In this document: positions 1 to 12,889 of the stretch, in pieces
Layout: every line of letters begins with the position of its first letter
Position numbering within the stretch: position 1 is the first letter of the stretch
The notes under the pieces: model-generated
What the model was told of the DNA's origin: nothing
What the model saw: only the letters and a program-made list of their open reading frames with translations
Database searches by the model: none
Assembly: GCA_965153355.1 (NCBI GenBank)
Contig: OZ231126.1
Coordinates: forward strand, 186,001-250,000
DNA length: 64,000 bases
From: Flaccisagitta enflata
Taxonomy: Eukaryota
Direction: 5' to 3'
Translations under genes and position numbers: made by a program

Positions 1-295
1 CAGTAGTGATGTTGATTGATATTTTGAGGGAAGATGACTTACTTTGAAGATCACAGTGAGGAACTCAACCCTTTTACGAGGTAAGTTTAATACATTAGTG
101 ATTGTCATTTATATATAGGAGGAAGATGACTTACTTTGAAGATCACAGTGAGGAACTCAAGCCTTTTACGAGGTAAGTTTAATGCATTAGTGATGTTGAT
201 TGATATTTTGAGGGAAGATGACTTACTTTGAAGATCACAGTGAGGAACTCAACCCTTTTACGAGGTAAGTTTAATACATTAGTGATTGTCATTTA

Positions 296-1143
296 TCAGG
301 AAAAAAGTCGAAGTAAGTCTTCGACTTTTTGACATATTCGAGAGAAACAGGGTTTTTATTTTCTTATGGGAAAGTTGGGGAACTCCTTAGGGCGATTGCA
401 CCCTTGGATGAAATTGATAGGGTAAGTAAATTTGATAATTCTCTTTTATTTGGCGCTAAGCAGAAGTCTCTGGGACAAATATTTTTTGCGTTATGAATTT
501 TTAAAGATTTATTTATGAAAAATTCAAATTGAATTTTTTTCGATTTTTTATGATTTTGTGTAGGATCAATAAAGGAGTGTATCTAAGTTTGGTTAAGCAT
601 GCAAATACAAAAAAACATGTTCATGAGCATAGCTGCTCATATGTGAGGGTGATTTTGAGCATTTTAGCTCATTTAGCTCACTTAGCTCAGTTTTTTTTTC
701 TTCTGATTTCAAATGCAATAAATAAGCAAATATATTGATAGATGTTTAAGCAAGCAATTATAAGAAAGCATGTCAGTGAGCAGAGCTGCTCATCTGTGAG
801 GGTGTTTTTAAATATTCTAGCTCATTTAGCTCATTAAGCTTGCTCTTTTTTTCTGATTTAAAAACCGATGAATAAATAAATGTTTTGATTTAAGCATGCA
901 AATACAAGAAAGCATCTCAGTAAGCATAGCTGGTTGCGTAGTCGAGTGATTTTGAATATTTTAGCTCATCTAGCTCATTTGGCTCAGTCCTATTTTTCTC
1001 TGATTTTCAGTGCAACCACTATATACAATTGCTCTTAATTTGATCTAACAAATAAAAAGTTGCAATGACTGAAAACAAAAGCTTGGTGAAAAGTGAACAA
1101 CGCTTACGACTTTTTTCCTCACGGCGACAGCCGCCATTACTGG
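296..1143 (+). mobile_element. Non-autonomous Helentron/Helitron2-like element (family A)
   Basis: 5' ggaaaaaagtcgaag with adjacent inverted cttcgactttt; 3' sub-TIR cttacgacttttttcc followed by hairpin ggcg..cgcc and CTGG end. No TSD relative to the neighbouring repeat unit. Further copies at 36573 and 48655. Confidence 0.75.
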
Positions 1144-1150
1144 TATATAG

Positions 1151-1204
1151 GAGGAAGATGACTTACTTTGAAGATCACAGCGAGGAACTCAAGCCTTTTA
1201 CAAG
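1151..1204 (+). CDS. USH2A: Usherin-like gene, 54-nt FN3 microexon (RKMTYFEDHSEELKPFT); a near-identical alternative copy lies at 119-172
   Basis: tatag acceptor and gtaagt donor, phase 2-2. LKPFT joins in frame to (R)YEFRVSA of the next exon, giving the FN3 L-x-P-F-T-x-Y motif. Which copy is used cannot be determined. Confidence 0.65.
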
Positions 1205-1875
1205 GTAAGTTTAATGCAGTAGTGATGTTGATTGATATTTTGAGGGAAGATGACTTACTTTGACAATCACAGTGAGGAACTCAAGCCTTTTACGAGGTAA
1301 GTTTAATGCATTAGAGATGTTGATTGATATTTTGAGGGAAGCTGACTTACTTCGAAGATCATAGCGGGGAACTGAAGCCTTTTACGAGGTATGTTTGATC
1401 AGAGATATTGTTAAGAGTGTCAGTCGTTTATTGACGCATTTGCCTGACCCGATTTCCACAATGGTGATGAGAGAAAATCTATTATCGGCGAACCGATCAA
1501 CCAACCAACCAACCAACCAACCAACCAACCAACCAACCAACCAACCAACCAACTACAGAAAACGACACAATTGCTCATATGGATGGGCTCAATTGGGCAT
1601 GCGAACAAAAACTCATTTCCAATCACTTTTCATGTTCCGTATGCATAATCAGAGCCCGATCTACATGGAAAATCGATTTGGACTTGATCATCGCGTCATC
1701 AATGCTGTAGTTGTATGGAGTTTTTTCGCTGTAGTTGGGAGAGAAATTTCTTCCATAGTCATTCTATACAACTACAGCATTGATGACGCGGTGCCTAGAT
1801 CAAGTCAAAATCGATTTTCCAAATGGATAATGCTCTAATTTTGCAAATGGATAACGATGAGTGCTGGGAAATGAT

Positions 1876-2136
1876 TTTTAGTCGCGTGCTAAGCGACTCT
1901 ATAAGCCACTTTGTCGGTCGGTCGGTCCGTCGGTCCGTCGGTCGGTCGGTCCGTAACAAAGTTGTTTTAAAGGTTTTTGATTGTGTTTTTCAGATCTCTG
2001 AATAGTGGAGAAGAAGCTTGGAGTAGTAAATAGCTGTTTGAAATGTCTTTTTGAAAAAAAAGTTGTTTGTCTGTCTTTCTGCCTCACTGTTTTTGAAAGT
2101 GCCGACGCACGCGACTTAGGTCTACTGACCTTGTTT
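1876..2136 (+). mobile_element. Short DINE-1/HINE-like element (family B; more than 20 copies or fragments, e.g. 3673, 13571, 25353, 26471, 28295, 37060, 39643, 40846, 43791, 44150, 45637, 54832, 61950, 63258)
   Basis: ttttagtcgcgtg..cgcgact 5' palindrome, (GTCC/GTCG)n microsatellite, 3' sub-TIR plus hairpin ending ccttgtt, T-rich flanks. Confidence 0.75.
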
Positions 2137-2203
2137 ACTTGTATGCTCAAATTGAGTCCATTCTATAGCTCATGTACCATCCAAAATTCCATCAAAAAAT
2201 CAG

Positions 2204-2333
2204 ATACGAATTCCGAGTCTCGGCTGAGAATAACGCGGGCAAAGTTTACTCTGATTGGGCTCAAATCACGACTGCTCAAGGAATTCCCGATAAAATGGAG
2301 GCACCGCAAATTGTACATGTCAGAGGAACGCAG
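2204..2333 (+). CDS. USH2A: Usherin-like gene exon, FN3 (YEFRVSAENNAGKVYSDWAQITTAQGIPDKMEAPQIVHVRGTQ)
   Basis: cag/gt boundaries, phase 2-0, typical FN3 F/G strands; not in the ORF track. Confidence 0.8.
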
Positions 2334-2842
2334 GTCTGATATAAGTTGCAACAAGATTTGCATTAAAAAAAATGAATGAATGAATGAATAGATAAAAGAA
2401 TGAATAAATGAATGAATGAATGAATGAATAAATGAATGAATGAATAAATTATTGAAAAAATGAAAGAATGGATGAATGAATGAATGAATGAATGAATGAA
2501 GGAATAAATGAACGAAAGAATGAATGAATGAATGAATGAATGAATGAATGAAAGAATGAATGAATGAATGAATGAATGAATGAATGAATGAATGAATGAA
2601 TGAATGAAAGAATGAATGAATGAATGCATGAATGAATGGATAAATGAACGAATGAATGAATGAATGAATGAATGAATGATTGAATTAATTGATTAATGAA
2701 TAAATAAATGAATGAATGAATGAATGAATGAATGAATGAATGAATGAATGAATGAATGGATTCATGAATGAATGAATTCATGAATTCATGAACGAATGAA
2801 TGAATGAAAGAATTGATGAATCAACAATCTCTTTCAATAAAG

Positions 2843-3094
2843 GTTCTCCTGCGAATTGAGGCTCCCGAGAATCCCAACGGCGTCATCTCCGAGTACAACA
2901 TCTTCGTCAATTCCTCTCGACGAGACGCTTCAATCGCCAACAACCTCCAAGTCCTTGACAATCTGCTTCCCTACCAGACCTACCAGGTGGTCGTCGAGGC
3001 CTGCACAGCCGGAGGATGCGTCAGAAGCGATCCCAAACTGGTCTTCACCAATCCGTTGCTGCCTGCGGGAGTCAAGAGGCCCAATGTCATTGAT
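2843..3094 (+). CDS. USH2A: Usherin-like gene exon, FN3 domain
   Basis: PENPNGVISEYNI...LLPYQTYQVVVEACTAGGC; aag/gtaatt boundaries, phase 0-0. The ACTxxGC motif is typical of usherin FN3 repeats. Confidence 0.85.
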
Positions 3095-3108
3095 GTAATT
3101 TTGGGGAT

Positions 3109-3202
<94 letters not shown>

Positions 3203-3256
3203 TCGACCGACCGACAGAGAGACCAACGGTCAGACAGACAGAAAGACAGATAAGCA

Positions 3257-3456
<200 letters not shown>

Positions 3457-3542
3457 AACAAACAAACAAACAAACAAACAAACAAATAAACAAACAAACA
3501 AACAAACAAACAAACAAACAAACAAACAAACAAACAAACAAA

Positions 3543-3584
<42 letters not shown>

Positions 3585-3905
3585 TGTAAACAGAACGTCC
3601 TATCTTTTGCCAAGTGACTCAATAAGAGGGTATGTCCGTTAGTAAGGAGGTACGTTAATAGGTAACACGATTTTTAGTTGCGGACACGCAACTCTATAAG
3701 AGGCTTTGTCCGTCCGTCCGTCCGTCCGTTGTTCCGTCCGTTGGTCCGTCCGTCATTCCGTCCATCCGTCAGCATGAGTCGAAAAGTGGGAAAATAAGCG
3801 TTTTACAACATTTTTAATGGCGGACAGTTGCAGTTCCGCCCCTACCCACCCGTCCGCGACTAATGCTGCCGTGTATCCGGCCTTATTTCTTTTTGTTTTC
3901 AAAAG

Positions 3906-4146
3906 GTTCGTCCAAATTCGGCGGTTATCAATTGGGAGTTTCCGACAGAAAGAAACGGAGAAATTCGTAAATTCGAGCTTTGGACTAAATTGGGCTGCCC
4001 GACCGCGCCCCAGCCCATCACGGTCCCCTGTCCAACCAACAATGACAAAGAAGTCATTTACTCGGGATTAGAATTATCGTTTAAAATGGAGGAGCTCAAA
4101 CCTTACACCACGTATTCGACTTATATTCGTGTCTTTAATACGGAAG
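3906..4146 (+). CDS. USH2A: Usherin-like gene exon, FN3 domain with CP..PC insert
   Basis: VRPNSAVINWEFPTERNGEIRKFELWTKLGCPTAPQPITVPCP...YSG...LKPYTTYSTYIRVFNTE; aag/gtatgt, phase 0-1. Confidence 0.85.
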
Positions 4147-4224
4147 GTATGTAACCGTATTTAACCGTATGTAACCGAATTTTACCGTATGTAACAGTAT
4201 TTTGTTATATCCGGATAATCTCTT

Positions 4225-4322
<98 letters not shown>

Positions 4323-4493
4323 CGTTGTTGTTTTTTGTCATTTTTTTGGGCATAGTTTTGTAATGCAACGCCGATTATCATCATCATCGTCAACCTTGAC
4401 TCTAAAGAACCATTTAAAAGCTACAGTACAGTAAAGTACAGTACAGCTACTGTATCTCATTTCTAACCCTGTCAATCTCCTTCACCCTCTCAG

Positions 4494-5215
4494 GCCATTC
4501 CGAGTCGGAATGGACAACATTCTTGACTAAACCCGCGGTCGCCGTCTATCTAGCAACTCCTTCCGTCCGTCCAATCACGCCATCTCTCGGCTACCTCCTC
4601 GATGACACCTCCTCTCCCTCCTCTTCCTCTTCCTCTTCCTCATCCTCTTCCTCCTCCCACTCGATCCGCGTTGATTGGTCAGAATCTTTCGAATTAAACG
4701 ACCAATTAGAGTATTACAAAGTCACGATTAACAACGTAGAAAAATATCGCGGAATCGCGTCTAAATTCACCCTCGATCTAAGCGGAAGCGGAAACGGAAG
4801 CGGGAACAGAGTTTCGCGTTCTGGAAGCGGAAGCGGAAGTAAGAACAGAGTTTTGCGTTCCGGAAGCGGAAGCGGAATCAAGAACAGAGTTTTGCGTTCC
4901 GGAAGCGGAAGCGGAAGTAAGAACAGAGTTTCGCGTTCCGGAAGCGAAAGCAAGAACAGAGTTTTGCGTTCCGGAAGCGGAAGCGGAATCAAGAACAGAG
5001 TTTTGCGTTCCGGAAGCGGAAGCGGAAGTAAGAACAGAGTTTCGCGGTCCAGAAACGGAAGCCCCACCGAAGTTCAGGAAGTGGTGGTGGCGGTGAAAAC
5101 CGTCAATTTCGCGTCAATGACGTCATCGCTTCCGGTTTATTACGATCCGCTCAAAAAACGAGTTTTGGCGCAAAAACCGCCGCCAACTCAAATCCCGTTT
5201 ACACCATTTTATGAG
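4494..5215 (+). CDS. USH2A: Usherin-like gene exon, last degenerate FN3 with poly-Ser and 13-aa repeat insert, ending in PFYE
   Basis: cag/gtcagt, phase 1-0; SIRVDWSESFELNDQLEYYKVTINNVEKYRG. Confidence 0.75.
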
Positions 5216-5380
5216 GTCAGTTTATCATGCTTCTACAATACACCCTGCATCCCCCAAAAAAAGACCCCAAAACAACAGCAGCAGAAATTAAAAAAAAACA
5301 ACAACGACAACAACAACAACAACAATACCAACAACAAAAGCATCAACACCAACAAAAGTATCAACAACAACAAAAGTATC

Positions 5381-5545
<165 letters not shown>

Positions 5546-5631
5546 CATCATTCTTCCCTACCACAAACCCAAAAAATTATTTTCATCTTAACCTCCACTT
5601 TCCATCTTACCAATACCACCCCCACTTTATC

Positions 5632-5834
<203 letters not shown>

Positions 5835-5857
5835 CCTCCCCCTCCCACCCCTCACAG

Positions 5858-6205
5858 GAAGTGTGGTTCGTGATCTGCGCAATCGTCGGCGCCACCTGGG
5901 CGTTGATTCTGTTATTCGCCTTCGTTCTTTACTGTCGATGTTTTCGATCGAAGAAGAATCCCAAAGACAAAAAACTAACCTTCGCCGACGCCATCATGGA
6001 GGCTACCACATCCGGGAACTTTGATAACGACGACGACGACGACTACGGCGCCTCTAACGGACGAAGAAAGAAACGAAATAACGACAACAGCACGAACAAA
6101 AGACGCGGCTTGAAAGGAAAGAGAGGAACTGGGAAGGAAAAGGCTTATCAACAAGATGAAGAAGGACCAGTAATATCCGCCATCGCATATGGGAAAAAGC
6201 TGCAG
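5858..6205 (+). CDS. USH2A: Usherin-like gene exon, transmembrane helix and start of cytoplasmic tail
   Basis: EVWFVICAIVGATWALILLFAFVLYCRCFRSKK (FYE|EVWF resembles the usherin juxtamembrane FY-x-ELWF); cag/gttggt, phase 0-0. Confidence 0.85.
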
Positions 6206-6532
6206 GTTGGTGGGCTTTGCTCTTTGCGTTGTAGAATAGTCTTACGCATGAACACATGGGTTATGATGTGACTGCGTAAGTCGCTGGCGGTTGGGCTTGG
6301 GCAGTGACGCCCATCATATCTAAAATGTAACAAACCGACGGACTGACGAACAGTGGGACTGAAAAGTGACTTATCAATCAATCAATCAATCTTCCTCAAC
6401 AGAATTCCCCATCGACGCCGCATTTTCCGCCTTTTGAAAGATCAATCGATCAATCAATAAATCAATCAGTCAATCAATCAATCAATCAATCAGTCAACCA
6501 GTCAATCAGTTAAACTGTTAATCAGTCAATCC

Positions 6533-6588
<56 letters not shown>

Positions 6589-6626
6589 ATCAATCAATCG
6601 ATCAATCAATCAATCTGCCTCCACAG

Positions 6627-7277
6627 AATTCTTCACCGACGCCGAATTTTCCGCCTTTTGAAAAATCAAAAACCGGCGTCAACAATTCTTCAATGACACC
6701 GATAAGAATCTCCAAAGACGACAAGGAGAAGCTGAAGCAGTTCGTCCGCGCGATGAGAGTCGACGACGCGCTGCGGGAGCCGAAACGTCGACAGCAGATC
6801 GAGAGGCTGCGGCGACGCGATTTGAGAGGCGGAGGAAGAGATGATGGAGGTGGAGGAGGAGGAGGAGGAGGGAGGATGGCGGCCACAGTGGTGTCGCCAA
6901 TTGATGCTGCGCCAAAGCCTCAAAATGCATTTTTGATGGAAGAGAAGAATACAATTCAAAATGCCAGAAAACAAAAGAGCATCGATCAAACGAATTTGCA
7001 AAGATCGAAAAATATGAGCAAAAGCAGAGACAAAACTCACTCTGGCGGGGAAATTATCAACGATAAACTTCGCAAAGAGAGAAAACAAAAGAACAACCTT
7101 GAAAAGAAATCGAAATCAGTTGAGAAAGAGAGGAGTAGGAAGTTTATGGTAGTTGAAAGAGAAGATCCTAAGAATTATGATGACAGGATGAAGAAGGAGA
7201 TGAAGGAGAGGGAGAAGGAGATGAGCTCGACGAGCACGACGACGACGACGACGATGAAGAATATGATGACAGGATGA
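6627..7277 (+). CDS. USH2A: Usherin-like gene terminal exon, charged low-complexity cytoplasmic tail
   Basis: ccacag acceptor in frame with ORF 6693-7277; AATAAA at 7663-7668. Confidence 0.65.
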   Translation, partial: NSSPTPNFPPFEKSKTGVNNSSMTPIRISKDDKEKLKQFVRAMRVDDALREPKRRQQIERLRRRDLRGGGRDDGGGGGGGGGRMAATVVSPIDAAPKPQNAFLMEEKNTIQNARKQKSIDQTNLQRSKNMSKSRDKTHSGGEIINDKLRKERKQKNNLEKKSKSVEKERSRKFMVVEREDPKNYDDRMKKEMKEREKEMSSTSTTTTTTMKNMMTG

Positions 7278-7435
7278 AGAAGGAGATGAAGGAGAGGGAG
7301 GAGATGAGCTCAACAAGCACGACGACGACGATGACGATGAAGAATATGATGACAGGATGAAGAAGGAGATGAAGGAGAGGGAGAAGGAGATGAGCTCAAC
7401 AAGCACGACGACGACGACGACGATGACGAAGAATA
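7174..7435 (+). repeat. ~82-bp tandem repeat (3 copies) spanning the stop codon
   Basis: Repeated aagaatatgatgacaggatgaagaaggagatgaaggagagggag...gacgacg. Confidence 0.9.
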
Positions 7436-7662
7436 ATGGGAGAGAATCGTATTGAAATGACTGAAAGGATCAAAAGTGGACTTTCCAACTGAAGGAAGAC
7501 GGATTTGTCAAAATTAAGTTTCCATTTTGAAAAGACACGTCATATTGAAGACAATCATGGAGACGACCCATTTTGAACCATGAGGGAGGGAACAATGACA
7601 ATGACATAACTTTTACAATGATGTGAAAATAATTTGCAAATATCAAACGTTCGAACCATCTT

Positions 7663-7668
7663 AATAAA
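7663..7668 (+). terminator. Candidate polyadenylation signal
   Basis: AATAAA followed by a T-rich tract, ~390 nt after the stop codon. Confidence 0.5.
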
Positions 7669-7823
7669 AGTTTTCAATCATTTTTGTTTTGTTCTTTAAT
7701 ATCCTTGGCTCGGCAAGAGAGTTTTTGACAAATGGCAAAATGTTTTGGGGTACATGAATTGTTAATGATTTATGATTGATGAAAGATGTTATGGATTTCA
7801 AAGCTTCACGATTCTTTTCTCTA

Positions 7824-8245
7824 CAGATCAGAGCATATTTGAACGAGAGGCCCCCACTTCCAGGAAAGATAACTGTAGCAGACCCCCTACAGCCCAGTAG
7901 GTTTAAGCTAGGGGTATGATTGAGGCATCATTTGAAAGCTTTTGAGAATAAAAATGGCGCCATCAGAGGGTTTTTTGAATTTTGTTCCCTAGCTCAAGTT
8001 ATAGCTCTTCAAAGTATCAAATTTAGCTTTTTTTAAACAACCCCAAAAAAGTCAATTTGAACACTTTTAAAGAGCTGTAATTTTAGTCAGGGCTCAAAAC
8101 TAAAAAAACGCTCTGATGGCGCCATTTGTATTCTCATAAGCTTTCAAATGATACCTCAATCATACCCCTAGCTTCAACATTCTGGGCTGTAGGGGGTCTG
8201 CTACAGTTTTCAAGGGGGCCTCGCGTTCAATTACGCTCTGACCTG
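7824..8245. mobile_element. Palindromic MITE, Tc1/mariner type
   Basis: TA|cagatcagagc ... gctctgacctg|TA; arms complementary over most of the length. Confidence 0.85.
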
Positions 8246-8919
8246 TAAAGTGTTATCTCACAAGTCACGCCTCTTACGTGAACGTAACCTAACATCATAT
8301 TCAATTTACATGCATGGCTTCAAACAGTCCCTGATTCCGCAACTGAAATCCATGTTTGCATACAGATCTCAGTAAGAATCAATTTCACTTTTGCTCTCTC
8401 AATTTTTAACATCTTTTCCAATAATGAAGATTTTTATGAAGTGCATTCTCCCCCCACACAAAAGCGTAACCATTTACAAATTGCAATTTACAACTGCCTT
8501 TTTTCCATTAGCATTATGATAACGGTAATACAAAAACATTTCCACACATATCTTTCTTCTTGATTGAACCGTTAATGAAATTCACCATTTATTGAGAAGA
8601 AGCTACAGGCGAAAAAAGTCATCAAAGGCTGCTGTGATTTTCAATTCTCCATGAGTAATACTGATACTGTTTGGTCTATTTAGTTATGAATTAAAAATCT
8701 TTAAAAACATTACGTGCTCAAAAAGCTAGTTCAATGATAGAACGCTGGGATCATGTAATTGTTTTTGTCATGACAGTTGATTTGCTCTGTCTCGAAGCCA
8801 ATATTGAAATTCTAAAAAAGACAATCAATTTAATTTTCGTTGCAAGTGTGTTTGTTAGAACTTTAGTTAATTACATCCAGTCTAGAGTAAGTGAGGATTT
8901 ACATTTACAAGACCCTCTA

Positions 8920-9195
8920 TAGGTGGGTGGAGTGGGATGAAGTGGTGTTTTTTTTCCATCAGGGTGGGATTTGCTGGACTGTGTAGGTGGGTGGAGTGGG
9001 ATAAAGTGGCGTTAGGTGTTTTTTTCCCATCAGGGTGATATTTGATGGACTGTGTAGGTGGGTGGAGTGGGATAAAGTGGCGTTAGGTGTTTTTTTTCAT
9101 CAGGGTGGGAATTGATGGACTGTGTAGGTGGGTGGAGTGGGATAAAGTGGCGTTAGGTTTTTTTTTTCGATCAGGGTGGGATTTGATGGACTGTG
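8920..9195. repeat. G-rich ~70-bp minisatellite, 4 copies
   Basis: Repeated taggtgggtggagtgggataaagtggcg...gatggactgtg. Confidence 0.9.
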
Positions 9196-9411
9196 CCTCT
9201 TCCCTTCATTTCATTTTGGGTATAATTAGGGATATTGTTCCTCTTGTTATATATATACTATTTAAAACTACATATACTACTGAAAAGCTGACTGCTAGAA
9301 ATGATCAAACCTCAAGCAGGTGTTGCATCAGCCAACATTGCACCTGTGAGATGTTCGTCCAATGTCTAATTCTCAAAGGTGTCTGATTGACTGATTGACG
9401 TAAACCGATAA

Positions 9412-9569
<158 letters not shown>

Positions 9570-9612
9570 AGAGAGAGGAGATTTAAGTTCGAAAAGCGTC
9601 TTTTTTTTTAAT

Positions 9613-9767
9613 TCAGTTTGGTTTATAAGGTTCCAGTTTCGATTTTTGCCACGTTGGAAGATTATCAAAAAATGTCACCGCATAATCTGACTCTTTTTCC
9701 TCTTCCTCCTCATCCTCCTCCTCCACCTCCTCCTCCTCCTCTGGCTCTTCCTTCATGACTCCACTGA
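9613..9767 (-). CDS. Candidate terminal exon of an unidentified minus-strand gene (acidic)
   Basis: Strong polypyrimidine tract + CAG acceptor, then SGVMKEEPEEEEEVEEEDEEEEEKESDYAVTFFDNLPTWQKSKLEPYKPN*; no recognised domain. Confidence 0.35.
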
Positions 9768-9910
9768 CTGGAAGAGGAAGAGACCGAGGAAGATATAAGT
9801 GTTTAAGCACCAGAACAAATGAGAGAAAGAAAGCAAGAAAAAAGAAAGAAAGACAGAAAGAAAGAAAGAAAGAAAGGAAAAAAGAAAGAAAGAAAGAAAG
9901 AAAGAGCGAG

Positions 9911-9961
<51 letters not shown>

Positions 9962-9962
9962 C

Positions 9963-10033
<71 letters not shown>

Positions 10034-10121
10034 AGGAAGGAAAGAAAGAAGGACAGACAGAGGGGAAAAAAGAAAGGAACAATGATAGAAAGAAAGATAG
10101 AAAGAAAGAACGAAAGAAAAA

Positions 10122-10209
<88 letters not shown>

Positions 10210-10574
10210 GAGACTGAAATACGTAAAAAGATGGTTTACAAGAAACTTAGATTGGCGGTAAGAAAATAAGACCGAAAAATAGTAAGTTAACAGGTCTCAC
10301 AAAATTAGGTGGACAAGCAAGATATTCAAGATAGTTAGTAAAAATGCCCTCAGCATTTTGAAATTTGACATGGACACACTTGATCTTCTTGGCTGTTTTG
10401 GCGAAGTAGTTTTTTAAGCGCATAAATATCCAAAGACGGAAAGGTCATGATTTTCTGTTTTGCCTAAGCCTTTTTAACTTCGGTTAATGCAAAATTTAGG
10501 TAGATTTCCTTTGCTAGATTTCTCTCAGCCTCTTATTTAAATTCGTGGATCTGTCGAGTGTGTGGATTTACCTA

Positions 10575-11187
10575 TGACGGCGAATTTTCGAAGGAAAATT
10601 AAGTGTTTCACCATAATTTTTGCATCATTGTCATGACAATAATGAAGCTGGAATGCTTTTAGCGGACATTTTGTCTCTAAAGACACTTGGTGTATACCTT
10701 TTTATCATATTCTGACCTAAAAAGTAATTTGAACTATGCGATTCACATGGAAACACGCAGGAAAATGATAGTTTTTAGCAAATTTCTGCTTACACTTTTT
10801 TTCATTTTCTGTGGTCTAAATTCTAAGAAAGCCATACACAGGGAAATTTTGCTTTTCAAAAAACATAGTTCTCTCTGTAATCGATTTGGGAAGAGAACTA
10901 TGTTCTTTGTTTATTCATTTTTTCATTTTCTATGCAAATTTAGAATTTAGACCAGCCCCCTATCAGTGACCAAAAATGAAAAAAATAGAAATTTTCAATA
11001 AATATTTTTTAGTAACATTGACTAGACTTGATCTTTCTTGCTGAATAAATACAAATTTTTCTTTTAAATAATATGTCTTAGCTATCTGAATCATTCTTAT
11101 TCACTTTTTTTTTCATTTCCATTCATTCAAAATTTCCATTTTAACTGTCTTTGAAACACAAATGTTGCCTTCGCGGGGACGCTGTCC
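10575..11187. mobile_element. 613-bp element, copy 1 (8-bp imperfect TIR, TA flanks)
   Basis: TA|tgacggcg ... cgctgtcc|TA; near-identical to 11937-12548. Confidence 0.7.
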
Positions 11188-11936
11188 TAAGACCTATTAT
11201 TTTAACTTGGCAAAGCAATATTGGCGTCCTTCCTGCGTGTTGGGCAAGATGGAGGGTGTTTTACTGAAAATGAGGTGTCCAAATATTGCTGATTTTTAGG
11301 AGAAAAAAAGTGGAAGATGTTTTCGGTTCATCATTTTTAGAAGGTTCAATGCAAAAAAAACGTAATTTTTCCTGAAATGCAGCTGGTGGATGCAGGAGAG
11401 TCAGTCACGCAGAAAGAAAGCAGCGTAAGTTAAAAATAGCTGAGGAATTGAAGGTGAAGTCAAGTATCAACAATAAGAGAGTGATGTGTCAATTCAAAAT
11501 TTGGTTACCATTGACATATCAGCATATTAGATTCATTAGGAAATAGTCGTTTACTTTTTTGGGCATTTTTGCATCATGTTGATAAAATGAACACAAATTA
11601 GTGATAAACATTGCTTGGATTGATTATATTTCCATTTCTAACGCTCAGTTTTAATCTCTTTCCGCCTAATTTTGTGAGATCTATTAGCAATGAAAAAAAA
11701 AACAGCTCAAAGGCTACAAATGGGCAGTGGCACCCGTTTACCGCTTGCACAAGATCTTTGCCAATGGCGGTAAAGAAGACAATGGCCTCTAGGAAAGCCT
11801 TAAGATTCTCATTTGAAATTTTAGACCTGAGAGTGAGAAATTGAGGCAAACACTTACTGGTTTTTGGTCTGAGAGGTCAGACTTTATGTTCAGGGCTAAG
11901 AGGACTGATTTCAAGCTGAGGAAAGATGATTAGATA

Positions 11937-12548
11937 TGACGGCGAATTTTCGAAGGAAAATTAAGTGTTTCACCATACTTTTTGCATCATTGTCATGACA
12001 ATAATGAAGCTGGAATGCTTTTAGCAGACATTTTGTCTCTAAAGACACTTGGTGTATACCTTTTTATCATATTCTGACCTAAAAAGTAATTTGAACTATG
12101 CGATTCACATGGAAACACGCAGGAAAATGATAGTTTTTAGCAAATTTCTGCTTACACTTTTTTTCATTTTCTGTGGTCTAAATTCTAAGAAAGCCATACA
12201 CAGGGAAATTTTGCTTTTCAAAAAACATAGTTCTCTCTGTAATCGATTTGGGAAGAGAACTATGTTCTTTGTTTATTCATTTTTTCATTTTCTATGCAAA
12301 TTTAGAATTTAGACCAGCCCCCTATCAGTGACCAAAAATGAAAAAAATAGAAATTTTCAATAAATTTTTTTTAGTAACATTGACTAAACTTGATCTTTCT
12401 TGCTGAATAAATACAATTTTTTCTTTTAAATAATATGTCTTAGCTATCTGAATCATTCTTATTCACTTTTTTTTCATTTCCATTCATTCAAAATTTCCAT
12501 TTTAACTGTCTTTGAAACACAAATGTTGCCTTCGCGGGGACGCTGTCA
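11937..12548. mobile_element. 612-bp element, copy 2
   Basis: TA|tgacggcg ... cgctgtca|TA. Confidence 0.7.
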
Positions 12549-12889
12549 TAAGAGACAGAGAGAGACAGAAAGAGAGAGACAGAGAGCAAAAGCGACGGAG
12601 ATAGAGACAGAAAAAAAGGGACAGAGGGCATAAGAGACAGAGAGAGACAGAAAGAGAGAGACAGAGAGCATGAGAGACAGAGAGAGATAGAAACAGAGAG
12701 ACAGAGAGGGACAGAAACAGAGAGACATAGAGAGACAGAAACAGAGTAAAAGCGACTGAGTTGTTTGTCAGGTCGCGGTGCTTGTTCCACCCTCCACGTG
12801 GTCATAATGTTGGAGAGGATTTGTGGCAAAATTCTGACGCAATATTCAGAGATCGAAGTTTTTCGTTATCATTTTTCTTTTCTTCGACT

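Larger units (their letters stand above)
1..1394 (+). repeat. ~92-bp tandem array of microexon + splice donor (6 copies in the window), interrupted by a transposon
   Basis: Core ggaagatgacttactttgaagatcacag..ccttttacgaggtaagt at ~29, 119, 213, 1151, 1245 and 1337. Confidence 0.95.

Noticed and set aside
10687-12312. Identical 87-aa ORF in two copies
   Set aside because: Lies within the duplicated AT-rich element; non-ATG start, no domain
10575-12548. LTR retrotransposon/TRIM
   Set aside because: No PBS after the first repeat, no 4-6 bp TSD outside the pair, and each copy has its own TA flanks
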